From an uncultured Candidatus Rokubacteria bacterium (GTDB lineage: Bacteria > Methylomirabilota > Methylomirabilia > Rokubacteriales > DASRDR01): a DNA stretch of 64,000 bases. Each line of letters opens with the position of its first letter. Within the stretch, counting starts at the first letter, position 1. Shown here piece after piece: positions 29,398-38,817 of the stretch. The position numbers and the translations under genes were made by a program. The notes under the pieces are model-generated. The model did no database searches and was not told where the DNA came from. It saw nothing but the letters and a program-made list of their open reading frames with translations. The stretch lies in assembly GCA_963826115.1 (NCBI GenBank), contig CAWGVS010000004.1, positions 196,373-260,372 of the forward strand, read 5' to 3'.

Positions 29398-30498
29398 TCA
29401 GGACGCGGCGCTAGGCGCGGCGCCGCCGGGGCGGCCCGCGGGCGCGGCCGCGCGAGCCTGCCGGAGCACGAGCTCGAGGTTCCGCGGCGCGGGCTCGCGG
29501 GTCCCGGTCTCCACCTCGCGCACGGCCGCCAGGATCGCGGCCGAGACGGGTGTCGGGATGCCGGTCTGACGACCCTGCCCGACCACGTACCCGTTCATCT
29601 CGCCGATCTCCGTCGTTCGGCCCTTGACCACGTCCTGGGCCATCGAGGCGCGCCAGCTCCGGCCCCCGGCGGCGGTGGGCGTCAGCATCCGGTCGAGCTC
29701 GTCCCACGTCTCGCGCCGGTGGGCGCCGGCCCACCGCTCGGCGGCCGTGCCGCCGAACGCGGGGATGCGGTGCCCGAGGGCGATACCGACGCGCGCGGAT
29801 TCCGCGGCGAGGTGGATCATCAGCGTCCGGCCCACCTCACTCGACGCCACCTCGGTCGAGCCCAGCCCCGACAGCGCCTGGAGCGGGTTGCTCATGGCGT
29901 TCTGCGCGAGCTTGGCCCAGCGCTCGCCCCAGAGGTTGTCGGTCGCCCGCGCGCCGTCGATGACCGCGAGCATCTCCGCGAGCTCGGTGACCCGCGGCGT
30001 GATCTTGCCGTCGTGCTCGCCGGCGCGGAAGACGTCGTGCCCGGCGCCCTGTCCCTTCTCGAAACCGCGCTCGACGCGCCCGGGGGCCCACAGGGCGACC
30101 CCGATCTTCGACATGACCAGCCCGATCGACCGGCTCGCCCCCGCGATTCCCGCGACGATCGGATCGGGCCAGCAGTTCTGCGCGGACACGATCGCCCCGT
30201 CCGGCGCGGCGTGGCGCAGCGCCAGCTGGGTGGCCCACGCCGTGTCGTAGACCTTCATCGCGACGAAGGCGAGCTCGAAGTTGCGCGGGAGCCGCGCGGC
30301 CTCGTGGAGGTGCACGGCGGTGGGGTGGACGACGAAGGGGTCGTGCGGGCCCTCGACCCTGAGCCCGTCCTTCCGGATCGTCTCCACCTGCTCGGCCCAG
30401 GGGTCGATCAGGGTCACGTCGTGGCCCGCCCGCGCGAGGTGACCGCCCAGGTAGCTGCCGATCGCGCCCGCTCCCACGAATACCAGTCGCTTCGTCAC
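29398..30498 (-). CDS. Ketopantoate reductase (PanE/ApbA) family oxidoreductase
   Basis: GAGAIG..GG, K.YD, QN, W.KL..N, SM.QD...GR.TEI..NG. Confidence 0.85.
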   Translation of the reverse strand: MTKRLVFVGAGAIGSYLGGHLARAGHDVTLIDPWAEQVETIRKDGLRVEGPHDPFVVHPTAVHLHEAARLPRNFELAFVAMKVYDTAWATQLALRHAAPDGAIVSAQNCWPDPIVAGIAGASRSIGLVMSKIGVALWAPGRVERGFEKGQGAGHDVFRAGEHDGKITPRVTELAEMLAVIDGARATDNLWGERWAKLAQNAMSNPLQALSGLGSTEVASSEVGRTLMIHLAAESARVGIALGHRIPAFGGTAAERWAGAHRRETWDELDRMLTPTAAGGRSWRASMAQDVVKGRTTEIGEMNGYVVGQGRQTGIPTPVSAAILAAVREVETGTREPAPRNLELVLRQARAAAPAGRPGGAAPSAAS

Positions 30499-30589
30499 GT
30501 GGCCTCCCGGGGCGTCTTCGCCCCGTGGGATTCTAGCGAACTCTCGGGCCCGGGCAACCGGGGGATTTCCGGCCCGCCGCGCCCGCGGC

Positions 30590-31540
30590 CTACGGCTTCA
30601 GCACGCGGACGGGCGCGCCGGCGAGGTAGGCCCGGATGTCCTCGACGGCCTGCGGGTAGAAGACCCGGTACGTCTCCTCGGTCACGTAGCCGAGGTGCGG
30701 CGTGATCACCGTGTTCGGGAGCCGCCGCAGCGGGTGGTCCGGCGGGAGCGGCTCCTCGTCGTAGACGTCGAGCCCCGCGCCCGCGATGGCGCCGGCGCGC
30801 AGGGCCGCGACGAGGGCGCGCTCGTCCACGATCGGCCCGCGCGAGGTGTTGACGAGGAACGCGGTCGGCCGCATGAGCGCGAGCTCGCGGGCGCCGACGA
30901 GGTTCCGCGTGCGCTCGCTCAGCACCAGGTGGATCGTGACGACGTCGGCGCGGGCCAGCACCTCGTCGCGGCTCCCCGCCAGCGTCGCGCCCACCACCGC
31001 GGCGCGCTCGGCGGTGAGGTTCTGGCTCCAGGCGAGGACGTCCATCTCGAAGGCCTTCCCCACGCGCGCGACGCGCGAGCCGAGCTGCCCGAGCCCGAGG
31101 ACGCCGAGGGTCTTTCCGGCGAGCGTGACGCCGAGCGTCTCCTGCCAGCGGCCGTCCCGGGTCGCCCGGTCTTCCCGGGGTACGTGCCGGACCAGCGCGA
31201 GGATGAGCGCCCACGTCAGCTCGGCGGTCGGGGAGGGGAGGCCGGCGGTGCCCGAGACGACCACGCCGCGGTCGGCCGCGGCACGGAGATCGATGGACGC
31301 GTTCCGCATCCCCGTGGTCACGAGCAGCCGCAGGCGAGGGAGCCGCTCGAAGAGCGTGCGGGGAAAGGGCGTCCGCTCCCGCATCGCCACTGCCACGTCG
31401 AAGTCTTTGAGCCGCGCGGCGACCGCCCCCTCGTCGGCGAGGTGGTCGCGGTACACCACGACCTCGACGGGGAGACTTCCCCAGTCGGCGAGACCCCGCG
31501 CGACGTCCTGGTAATCGTCGAGGACTGCGACCCGCGTCAT
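30590..31540 (-). CDS. D-2-hydroxyacid dehydrogenase
   Basis: LDDYQ, MRERTPF, TTGMRNASID, GLG.LG, NTSRGP, PHLGY. Confidence 0.92.
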   Translation of the reverse strand: MTRVAVLDDYQDVARGLADWGSLPVEVVVYRDHLADEGAVAARLKDFDVAVAMRERTPFPRTLFERLPRLRLLVTTGMRNASIDLRAAADRGVVVSGTAGLPSPTAELTWALILALVRHVPREDRATRDGRWQETLGVTLAGKTLGVLGLGQLGSRVARVGKAFEMDVLAWSQNLTAERAAVVGATLAGSRDEVLARADVVTIHLVLSERTRNLVGARELALMRPTAFLVNTSRGPIVDERALVAALRAGAIAGAGLDVYDEEPLPPDHPLRRLPNTVITPHLGYVTEETYRVFYPQAVEDIRAYLAGAPVRVLKP

Positions 31541-31631
31541 CCTGAGCCTCCCGGGCGAGACCGAGGCGCGCGCGGCGAGGCCGTCCGCGGGGCCGCGCCC
31601 TGTCTCGCCGGCGCGTGATCTTCCCGGCGCC

Positions 31632-32129
31632 CTATGGCGCCGTGTCCGACGTGACGGACTCCGCGATCCAGCCCTCGGCGCCGTCGTCGAGGCGGACGCG
31701 GAACCAGTCGTTGCGCGTCTCGAGAACCTCGAGGCGCGTGCCGCGTCGGAGCACGCGGAGGATTTTACCGGACGTTCCGACCGCCTCGCGGAAGTTCGCC
31801 TGGCTCGCCTTCACGTAGATCGTCTTCCGCGTCGGGGCGGCGGCCGGGGCGGGAGGCGCCGGCGCGGGGGCGGCGACGGAGGCGGGCGGCTGGACGGGAG
31901 CGGGGGCCGGAGTGGCCGGGGCTGCCGCCGGCGGCGCCGCTGGCGGTGGCGAGGGTGTGGTCTGAGCCGGCGGCGGAGGCGCGGGCGCCGGCGGAGCAGC
32001 CGGTGCGGGCGCCGCGGATGGCGCCGCCGCTCCCGGGGGCTGCGCCGCCGGCGGGGCGGGCGCCTTCGGCGCGCAGGCCAGCACGATCAGCGCGGTGAGG
32101 ACCACCAAGGCGACGAGGGTGCGCGGCAT
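31632..32129 (-). CDS. Lipoprotein with Pro/Ala linker and bacterial SH3 domain
   Basis: Lipobox VLAC; AN.RE.G....I...L.RGT.LEV.....W..V......GWI. Confidence 0.85.
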   Translation of the reverse strand: MPRTLVALVVLTALIVLACAPKAPAPPAAQPPGAAAPSAAPAPAAPPAPAPPPPAQTTPSPPPAAPPAAAPATPAPAPVQPPASVAAPAPAPPAPAAAPTRKTIYVKASQANFREAVGTSGKILRVLRRGTRLEVLETRNDWFRVRLDDGAEGWIAESVTSDTAP

Positions 32130-32171
32130 GTCTGCTCTCCTCGCGACTGGACCGGTGGGCGGAGTGCCGCG

Positions 32172-32200
32172 ACTCTACGCCGCGCGCCGGGGTCAGTCAA
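32172..32200 (-). promoter_or_regulatory. sigma70-type promoter TTGACT-N17-TAGAGT for the SH3 lipoprotein
   Basis: -35 lies immediately next to the IS target duplication. Confidence 0.55.
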
Positions 32201-32218
32201 GACGCGGGCGGTTCGCGC
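32201..32218 (+). repeat. Target-site duplication, left copy
   Basis: GACGCGGGCGGTTCGCGC, identical to 33563-33580. Confidence 0.92.
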
Positions 32219-33562
32219 TGTTGGGAGCACATGATGTGACCGCTCCCGAGAGCAAGTGACATGACCGCTCCTGCAGGCCCCAGGGGAAGCTACCGCCACC
32301 GAGGCGGTGGCGATGAGCTATCCCGTGGCGGCCGTGGAGCGTGCCATGACGATCCACCAGGCCATCCTTCACGCCTTGCATGGTCGCCAGACCTGGCTTC
32401 AGGTCGCCGACGTCCTGGGGTTGAGCCCCCGGACCGTGCGGCGCTGGCGGTGGAAGTTTGAGCGCGATGGGGTCAAAGGCCTGCTCGATCGGCGCCGGCA
32501 GACCCCATCGACCCGACGGGTGCCCGTCGCGGAGCTCCAACGCGTCCGGCGCTTGTATCGGGAGCGCTACACGGGCTTCAACGTCCGCCACTTCCACCAG
32601 CTCGCCCAGCGGGATCACGGGGTGACGTTTTCCTACACCCTCGTGAAGGCCGCGCTCCAGCAGGCCGGCCTCGTCCGGCGGGCCCGCGCCCGCGGCCGGC
32701 ATCGTCGGCGGCGCGAGCCCCGCCCGGGCTTCGGCGAACTGCTGCACCTCGATGGCAGTCGCCACCGCTGGCTCGCCCTGGTCCCGGAGGCCTGGCACAC
32801 CCTCCTGGTCGTCGTCGACGATGCGACGAAGCAGGTGCTCGATGCCCACCTCAGAGACGGGGGCGAGAGCACGCGCGCGATCATGACCGCCTTGTCGGCC
32901 GTGTGCACGCGGTACGGGTTGCCCGGCGCCCTGTACACCGACCGTGCGCACTGGGCCGTCCACACCGCAACCTCGGGCAGTGCGCCCGATCGTACTCGCC
33001 TGACGCAGGTGGGCCGCGCGCTGCAGGCCCTCGGCATCGAACACATCCTCGGCCACTCCCCGCAGGCCCGCGGGCGCAGCGAACGCGCCAACCGCACGCT
33101 GCAGGATCGACTGGTCAACGAGCGGCGCGTCGCGGGGATCCGGACCGTCCCGGCCGCCAATCGCTACCTCGCGGGGCGCTTCCTCCCGGCCTACAACCAG
33201 ACCTTCGGCCGCCCGCCCACCGACCCGCATTCGGCCTTCGTGCCCGTCACCCCGGCTCAGCTCGAGCCCATCCTCTGCCATGCGGAGGGGCGCGTCGTCG
33301 CCCGGGACAACACCGTGACCCTGGATCGTGTGGTCCTGCAGCTCAGCCAGCAGCGCGGCCGCCGCACCTGCGCCGGCCTCCCGGTCCTGGTGCGCCGCCA
33401 CCTCGATGGCCGCCACTCCGTGTGGTGGGGGCGGCGCTGCCTGGGCCGCTACGATCCGCAGGGCCGCCCGCTCACCGCCCTCCCAGCCCCCGTATCGGCC
33501 TAACCATGGACCGGTCACTTCACGTGTCAAAACCCGAGCGGTCAGATCACTTGTCAACAACA
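32219..33562 (+). mobile_element. Complete insertion sequence, IS1202-like (ISNCY), 1344 bp
   Basis: TGT...ACA ends; imperfect 27-bp TIR (TGTTGGGAGCACATGATGTGACCGCTC vs revcomp TGTTGTTGACAAGTGATCTGACCGCTC); flanked by identical 18-bp direct repeats. Confidence 0.92.
32307..33503 (+). CDS. DDE (rve-type) transposase with N-terminal HTH
   Basis: A..LG.S.R.VRRW; GEL...DGS.H.W, VDDAT, LYTDR, SPQARGR.ER...TLQDRL. Confidence 0.93.
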   Translation: MAMSYPVAAVERAMTIHQAILHALHGRQTWLQVADVLGLSPRTVRRWRWKFERDGVKGLLDRRRQTPSTRRVPVAELQRVRRLYRERYTGFNVRHFHQLAQRDHGVTFSYTLVKAALQQAGLVRRARARGRHRRRREPRPGFGELLHLDGSRHRWLALVPEAWHTLLVVVDDATKQVLDAHLRDGGESTRAIMTALSAVCTRYGLPGALYTDRAHWAVHTATSGSAPDRTRLTQVGRALQALGIEHILGHSPQARGRSERANRTLQDRLVNERRVAGIRTVPAANRYLAGRFLPAYNQTFGRPPTDPHSAFVPVTPAQLEPILCHAEGRVVARDNTVTLDRVVLQLSQQRGRRTCAGLPVLVRRHLDGRHSVWWGRRCLGRYDPQGRPLTALPAPVSA

Positions 33563-33580
33563 GACGCGGGCGGTTCGCGC
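33563..33580 (+). repeat. Target-site duplication, right copy
   Basis: GACGCGGGCGGTTCGCGC. Confidence 0.92.
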
Positions 33581-33621
33581 GTGACGCAGGACCTCCACGC
33601 GCCCGCCGGTTCGTCGATGCC

Positions 33622-33651
33622 TTGACCCGCGCCCGCGGCGCGGCATAGCAT
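33622..33651 (+). promoter_or_regulatory. sigma70-type promoter TTGACC-N18-TAGCAT, probably leaderless
   Basis: -10 ends 6 nt before GTG 33658; no SD. Confidence 0.6.
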
Positions 33652-33657
33652 CGGCCC

Positions 33658-34944
33658 GTGCGGCTCGGGCGACGCGCGTTGCTGCTGGGCGGCTTGGCGT
33701 CCGTCGGGTTTCCCGGAATGGTCACGCGCGCGCGCGCCGGCGCCGAGATCGAGGCGCTGATCCCCTCGACGACGTGGGCGCCCGCGCTGGTCGAGGCCTT
33801 CAACGCGCGCAGCGCCGGCCGGATCACCCTCCGGCTCGAGCAGGTGCCGTACAACCTGCTCCATGAGAAGCTCGCGGCCTACGTCGCGGCCGGCCGGCCC
33901 CCGGACGTGTCGCGGGCATTCACCGGGTACACGCGCGACTGGCACGCCCAGGGTCTGCTCGACCCGGTTGACGAGATCCTGGGGCGCGGCTGGGTGGAGT
34001 CGCTCTGGCCGGTGCTCCAGCGTCCGCCGCACGGCGACATCATCGACGGGCGGCTGTACATGGCCTACTACTCCATCTCCCTCCTCGGGCTGCTCGCGCG
34101 GCGAGACCTCCTGGCCGCGGCCCGCATCGAGCCGTATTCCCTCGCGACCTTCGACCATCTCGTGGCGGCTGCGGAGCGACTTGCCCGGGACGGGCCGGTG
34201 CGGCGACCGCTCGGGCTGGTCCTCGGCAGCGCGCTCGCGGCCGCGGAGACGAGCCGCTGGGTGTTCACGGCCTACGGCCTGGATCACATTGCGGATTTCC
34301 GCCCGGAGCGTCGGGGCGCCTACCTGGCCGCGCTGGCCACGATGGCGCGACTGGCGCCCCTCGTGCCCGACGCCGCGTACACCTGGGACTACGGCCAGGC
34401 GGGTCAGGCGTTCGCCGACGGCGCCTTGGCCTTCTACCCCATCGGCACCTGGTACTTCGCGACCGTGTACCGGCAGGCGCCGCAGGCGGTGGCTGAGGGA
34501 CGAGCGGTACCGATCCCGTACCCCGGCGCGCCCGGCGGACCGGGGCAGTCCGTCAAGCTGAACGCCAACGGCTGGTACCTTCTCCGCGGCAGCCGGCAGA
34601 AGGAGGCCGCGGCCGAGTTCCTCCGTTTCGCGGTGGCCCGCGAGAGCATCCTCCGGCACGTCAACGACGGAAGCTTCCTCCCCTTCGCCGGCGCGTCCGT
34701 CGACGATCTCGTCCGGATGAGCCAGTTCGGAGAGGCGCAGCGCTGGTACTTCCGCGACTGGCTGCGGCTCCTCGAGACCGTCCCGGTGGCGACCGACGTC
34801 CCGTACGTGGCCGCCGCCGAGACCCAGCAGATCTGGCACGAGGCGATCGTGGGCGTGATGCGCCGCCGCCTGGCGCCGGAGCCGGCCTACGCCCAGCTTG
34901 CCGCCCGCATCGTCCCTCTCCAGCAGCGTCTCCGGCGCGGCTAG
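33658..34944 (+). CDS. Carbohydrate ABC transporter substrate-binding protein (family 1), Tat-like signal
   Basis: GRRALLLGG twin-Arg; AG..PDV, G.L.P.D, F..G..A....G.W; followed by two permeases. Confidence 0.8.
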   Translation: MRLGRRALLLGGLASVGFPGMVTRARAGAEIEALIPSTTWAPALVEAFNARSAGRITLRLEQVPYNLLHEKLAAYVAAGRPPDVSRAFTGYTRDWHAQGLLDPVDEILGRGWVESLWPVLQRPPHGDIIDGRLYMAYYSISLLGLLARRDLLAAARIEPYSLATFDHLVAAAERLARDGPVRRPLGLVLGSALAAAETSRWVFTAYGLDHIADFRPERRGAYLAALATMARLAPLVPDAAYTWDYGQAGQAFADGALAFYPIGTWYFATVYRQAPQAVAEGRAVPIPYPGAPGGPGQSVKLNANGWYLLRGSRQKEAAAEFLRFAVARESILRHVNDGSFLPFAGASVDDLVRMSQFGEAQRWYFRDWLRLLETVPVATDVPYVAAAETQQIWHEAIVGVMRRRLAPEPAYAQLAARIVPLQQRLRRG

Positions 34945-34945
34945 G

Positions 34946-35854
34946 ATGCCGGGCGCCCGCGCGGGCGGGCCGAGGCGCCGGAGCCGGCGCGACGCGCTGG
35001 CCGGGCTGCTCCTGCTGACCCCACTCCTGACTCTCGTGCTCGCCCTGGTCGCGGTGCCGATCGCGTGGGGCGTCGGCCTCTCGCTGACCGATGCCCACCT
35101 GCTCCGGCCGGGGCCGCCACGGTTCGTGGGCCTGGGCAACTACCATGATCTCTTGGTCGACGCCCGGACGTGGGGGTACGCGCTGAACACCGCCGTCTGG
35201 GCGGGCGGCAAGCTCGTGCTCCAGCTGACTCTGGCGCTGGGCCTGGCGCTCTTGCTGAACCGCCGCCTCCGCTTCCGGGCCTTCTGGCGCGCCGTCGTGA
35301 TCCTGCCCTGGGCGATGCCGGCCGCGGTGACCGGGATGACGTGGCGCTGGATCCTCGACGGCGAGATCGGCGTGCTGAATCGCGTCCTCGGGCGCCTCGG
35401 CGTGCTGTCGGCGCCGATCACCTGGCTCGCCGACCCCGTTTGGATGTGGCCGACGGTTGTCGCCGTGCACGCCTGGCAGTTCTTTCCGTTCATGTACGTG
35501 AGCTTCCTGGCGGGGCTGCAGCTCGTCCCGCGCGAGACCCGGGAGGCCGTCCAGCTGGATGGCGCCGGCGCGTGGTCGGCCTTCCGCCACGTGACGTGGC
35601 CGCTCCTGCGCCCGGTGGCCGCCGTCAACGGACTCCTGGGCCTCATCTGGGGCCTCGGGGACTTCTCGGCGATCTGGACGCTGACGCAGGGAGGGCCGGG
35701 CGGACTCACGATGACACTGGCCCCATTCGCCTACCTGACGACGTTCCGGTTCCTCGACACCGGCCGCGGCGCGGCCCTGGCGGTCGGCCTCGCGTTGACG
35801 ACCACGGCTCTGAGCGCCGCCTATCTCCGGCGCGTGAGGTTCGACCTGACGTGA
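34946..35854 (+). CDS. Carbohydrate ABC transporter permease (MalF type)
   Basis: FVGL.NY, PWAMP, G.LN..L, EA..LDGA...F..VT.P.L. Confidence 0.92.
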   Translation: MPGARAGGPRRRSRRDALAGLLLLTPLLTLVLALVAVPIAWGVGLSLTDAHLLRPGPPRFVGLGNYHDLLVDARTWGYALNTAVWAGGKLVLQLTLALGLALLLNRRLRFRAFWRAVVILPWAMPAAVTGMTWRWILDGEIGVLNRVLGRLGVLSAPITWLADPVWMWPTVVAVHAWQFFPFMYVSFLAGLQLVPRETREAVQLDGAGAWSAFRHVTWPLLRPVAAVNGLLGLIWGLGDFSAIWTLTQGGPGGLTMTLAPFAYLTTFRFLDTGRGAALAVGLALTTTALSAAYLRRVRFDLT

Positions 35855-36756
35855 GTGCCGTTGGCCCCTCGCGATCGCCCGCCCGGGGACGGCGTCCGGT
35901 GCCAGTTCCGGCGTGGTGGCGCCGCCACCGGAGCCGCCAGCGTCTCGCCGACCTCGGCGCCCATCTCCTCCTGGCGCCGGTCGCCATCGCGATCGCGTTT
36001 CCGTTCCTCTGGATCCTGCAGTCGGCGCTGCGACCCGCGGACCAGCTCTATGACGGCCGGATGCTCCCGGTTGCGCTCACGTTCGAGCACTTCGCGTGGG
36101 CGCTCGCCCAGCCGACCTTCCTGCAGCCCCTCCGGAACACGGTAGTGGTGGCGACGGTCGCGGCCCTGCTGACGCTCGCCCTGGCCGTCCTGGCGGCCTA
36201 CAGCCTCGTCGCCTACCCGTACCGGGGCAAGCCCGCGATTCTCGTCGCGCTGCTCCTGGTCAACCTGCTGCCGGGAGTGCTGCTGGTCGTCCCGGTCTTC
36301 CTCCTCGTGCGGGGCCTGGGCCTCCACGACACGCTGACCGGGCTCGTGCTCGTCACGACCGCGCTGGGGGCGCCGCCGGCGACGCTCTTGCTGCGCGGCA
36401 TCTTCACCGCCGTGCCGCGGGACCTCGTGGACGCCGCGATGCTGGATGGGACCGGGCGGCTCGGCGCTCTCTGGCGCGTGGTGCTCCCGCTCTCGCGTCC
36501 GGGCATGGTCGTCGGCGCGATGTCGAGCGTGGTCCTGGTCTGGAACGACGTTCTCTACGCGCTGGTGCTCACCCGTGGCCCGGCGACGCAGACGATCGGC
36601 GTGGCGCTCACCGCGCAGGCGCAGGCGCAGTTCTCCGTCGTGAACTGGTCGGGTCTTCTCGCCGAGGGCGTGCTGGTGACCCTGCCGATCGTCGTGGCCT
36701 TCACCGTGCTCCAGCGGCACCTTGTCCAGGGCGTTGCCTCGACCGGACTTCGTTGA
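35851..36756 (+). CDS. Carbohydrate ABC transporter permease (MalG type)
   Basis: FPF.W, N...VA, P.DL.DAA.LDG......V.LPL..P, WND. Confidence 0.92.
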   Translation: MSAVGPSRSPARGRRPVPVPAWWRRHRSRQRLADLGAHLLLAPVAIAIAFPFLWILQSALRPADQLYDGRMLPVALTFEHFAWALAQPTFLQPLRNTVVVATVAALLTLALAVLAAYSLVAYPYRGKPAILVALLLVNLLPGVLLVVPVFLLVRGLGLHDTLTGLVLVTTALGAPPATLLLRGIFTAVPRDLVDAAMLDGTGRLGALWRVVLPLSRPGMVVGAMSSVVLVWNDVLYALVLTRGPATQTIGVALTAQAQAQFSVVNWSGLLAEGVLVTLPIVVAFTVLQRHLVQGVASTGLR

Positions 36757-37005
36757 CCGGGACCACGCGCTGGTTGCCGCGCGCTCCCTCCGCCGGGCCG
36801 CCGGTGCGGCGCCGCGGCGACCATGTCGTGCCCGGGCCCGCCCGGGACCCCGCCCCCGCTGTCGCGCCCGCGCCGGCGCGGACCGGCATGGGCGCGGCGC
36901 CGCCGCTGGTGGGCGTTGCCGACTCGCGCGGGGAAGAGCTCGCGCTCGGAGAGTGAGCGAACGGCCCGCGACCGCGCGCCGTCCGCGGCAGAGAGAGGAC
37001 CGACC

Positions 37006-37755
37006 ATGATCATCGACGCGCACCTCCACCTGGGCACCGACGTGGTGTGGGACGCCACCAACACCGAGGCGGAGATCCTGGCCGCGCTCGACGGTGCCGG
37101 GGTCGATGCCGCGTGCGTCCTGCCGCAGAACGGGGAGCCGACGGTCGGCTGGGCCCGGGACGCGCACGACCGCATTGCCGCGTTCGCGCGCGCGCATCCG
37201 CGCCGCATCTTCGGGCTGGCGAACGTGCATCCCTACAACCGCCTGGAGGACTATGCGGCGGAGGTGACCCGCGCCGTTCGAGACCTGGGGTTCCGCGCGG
37301 TGAAGGTGCATCCCCACGCGCACGGGGCGAACCCGCTGGGGCGTCGGATGCGGGACGTCTTCGCGCTGGCCCGAGACCTCGAGATCGCGGTTCTCGTGCA
37401 CACGGGCGTGGGGATGCCGTTCGCGAACCCGGCCATGTGGATCCCGCTCGCCCGGGACTTCCCCGGCGTTCCGGTGGTGCTGGCCCACTGCGGGCAGGGC
37501 GTGCTCTTCGGCGAGGCCGTCGTCACCGCCGAGACCTGCCCGAACGTCTATCTGGAGGTGTCCTCGACGGCCGCCGGGCACATCGCGCGGGTCGTCCAAC
37601 GGTTCGGAGCGCGACGCGTCCTGTTCGCCTCCGACAACGAGAAGATCCTTGCGCTCGAGGTCGCCAAGTGGCGGAGCCTGGGCCTCACGGCCGCCGACTT
37701 CGAGCAGGCGGCGTGGCGGACGGCGGCCAGCGTCTACCGCTTGCCGTTCGCCTGA
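37006..37755 (+). CDS. Amidohydrolase-2 family metal-dependent hydrolase
   Basis: IIDAHLH, K.HP, VHTG, LAH.G, NVY.E.S, RVLFASD. Confidence 0.88.
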   Translation: MIIDAHLHLGTDVVWDATNTEAEILAALDGAGVDAACVLPQNGEPTVGWARDAHDRIAAFARAHPRRIFGLANVHPYNRLEDYAAEVTRAVRDLGFRAVKVHPHAHGANPLGRRMRDVFALARDLEIAVLVHTGVGMPFANPAMWIPLARDFPGVPVVLAHCGQGVLFGEAVVTAETCPNVYLEVSSTAAGHIARVVQRFGARRVLFASDNEKILALEVAKWRSLGLTAADFEQAAWRTAASVYRLPFA

Positions 37756-38789
37756 GCCGGCGCCCGGCGGGCGACCACGTCGCCGCCGCGGTGGCGCACG
37801 ATCGCGACGCCCGGCACCTCGCGGAACAGCGCCGCGAACTCGTCCGGGGCGAGGCGGCGCTGGAAGGCCTGACTGCCGTAGGCGTCGTACGTGTGGCCCC
37901 ACGTGGCCCGGAAGGTCCGGTGGCGCGGGTTCGTCAGCGCCACCGTGCGCCCCCATGCGCGCCCGAGGACCGGGACGTGCGCCAGCGCCGCGAGAATCCC
38001 GGTCGTCAGCAGGAGCGGGGCGCGGTTCAGGCGCGAGAGGCGGGCGCGCAGCGCCCGCCGGAGCGCGTCGACCGCCCGACCCGCGCGCGAGTCCGGCGTG
38101 GCGTAGTGCGTCGCGACGATCCATCCCTCGGGCCCGAGCACGCGCAGGAGCTCCCGCACGGTGCGGCGCGAGTCGCTGGTGTGATGGATGACGCCCTCGC
38201 AGTAGACGAACGAGAACGTGTCGTCGGCGAAGGGGAGCTGCGCCACGTCCCCCTGGACGCCGAGCCACCGCGAGTCCCCGGCGAGCTTGCCGGCCGTCAC
38301 GGCGATGGCGTCGGACAGCTCCACCGACACCAGGCGCGCCGGGCGCCCCTGCGCGAGGATGAAGCGACTCTCGTCGCCGGCACCGGAGCCCGCGTCGAGC
38401 ACGGTGTGGTCCGCGTAGATTCCGGGAGACAGGCCGTGGCTCTCCGCCACGCGCCAGGGGAGGTCGGCCGCGCTGCGGGGCTCCGGGTTCCACGCCCACT
38501 CGAAGCCGAAGCTGTCCACCGTCGCCGCGGGCTGACCCGCGTCGCCGGCGGGCGCGTCCAGATCCAGGGCGCGCAGCCACGCGTCGTGCCGGCGCGCCAG
38601 CTCCGGCGTCATCCTCGGGATGCCGTCCACGATGGGGTAACCCGTCCGCGTGCCCTCGATCACCAGCGCGCCGGTGAGCGGACGCCCGGTTGGGTCCCGG
38701 GCGGTCACGCGAAGGGTGAGGGGCCGCCCGCTCGCGGGATCACGCCAGTCGAGGTCCTCGGCCCAGTGCGCTCCGGCGGCCTTGCCCAT
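37734..38789 (-). CDS. SAM-dependent methyltransferase with N-terminal Trm112-like domain
   Basis: YPIVDGIPR, SFG.EW, VLDAGSGAG, GD...LPF, GVIHHT, LL..L.P.G. Confidence 0.85.
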   Translation of the reverse strand: MGKAAGAHWAEDLDWRDPASGRPLTLRVTARDPTGRPLTGALVIEGTRTGYPIVDGIPRMTPELARRHDAWLRALDLDAPAGDAGQPAATVDSFGFEWAWNPEPRSAADLPWRVAESHGLSPGIYADHTVLDAGSGAGDESRFILAQGRPARLVSVELSDAIAVTAGKLAGDSRWLGVQGDVAQLPFADDTFSFVYCEGVIHHTSDSRRTVRELLRVLGPEGWIVATHYATPDSRAGRAVDALRRALRARLSRLNRAPLLLTTGILAALAHVPVLGRAWGRTVALTNPRHRTFRATWGHTYDAYGSQAFQRRLAPDEFAALFREVPGVAIVRHRGGDVVARRAPAQANGKR

Positions 38790-38810
38790 GAGCGAGCGCC
38801 ATCCTAGCAT
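38782..38810. promoter_or_regulatory. Overlapping divergent promoters
   Basis: + strand TTGCCC-N17-TAGCAT ending 7 nt before GTG 38818; - strand TAGGAT (38801-38806) 11 nt before ATG 38789. Confidence 0.5.
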
Positions 38811-38817
38811 CTCGTCC

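Noticed and set aside
32190-32218. dif/Xer site as the IS target
   Set aside because: Flanks are GC-rich with no XerC/XerD-like arms; the long duplication fits non-Xer-targeting members
38787-38790. Head-to-head overlapping start codons at CATG
   Set aside because: GTG 38818, 7 nt after a -10, is the more plausible start and removes the overlap
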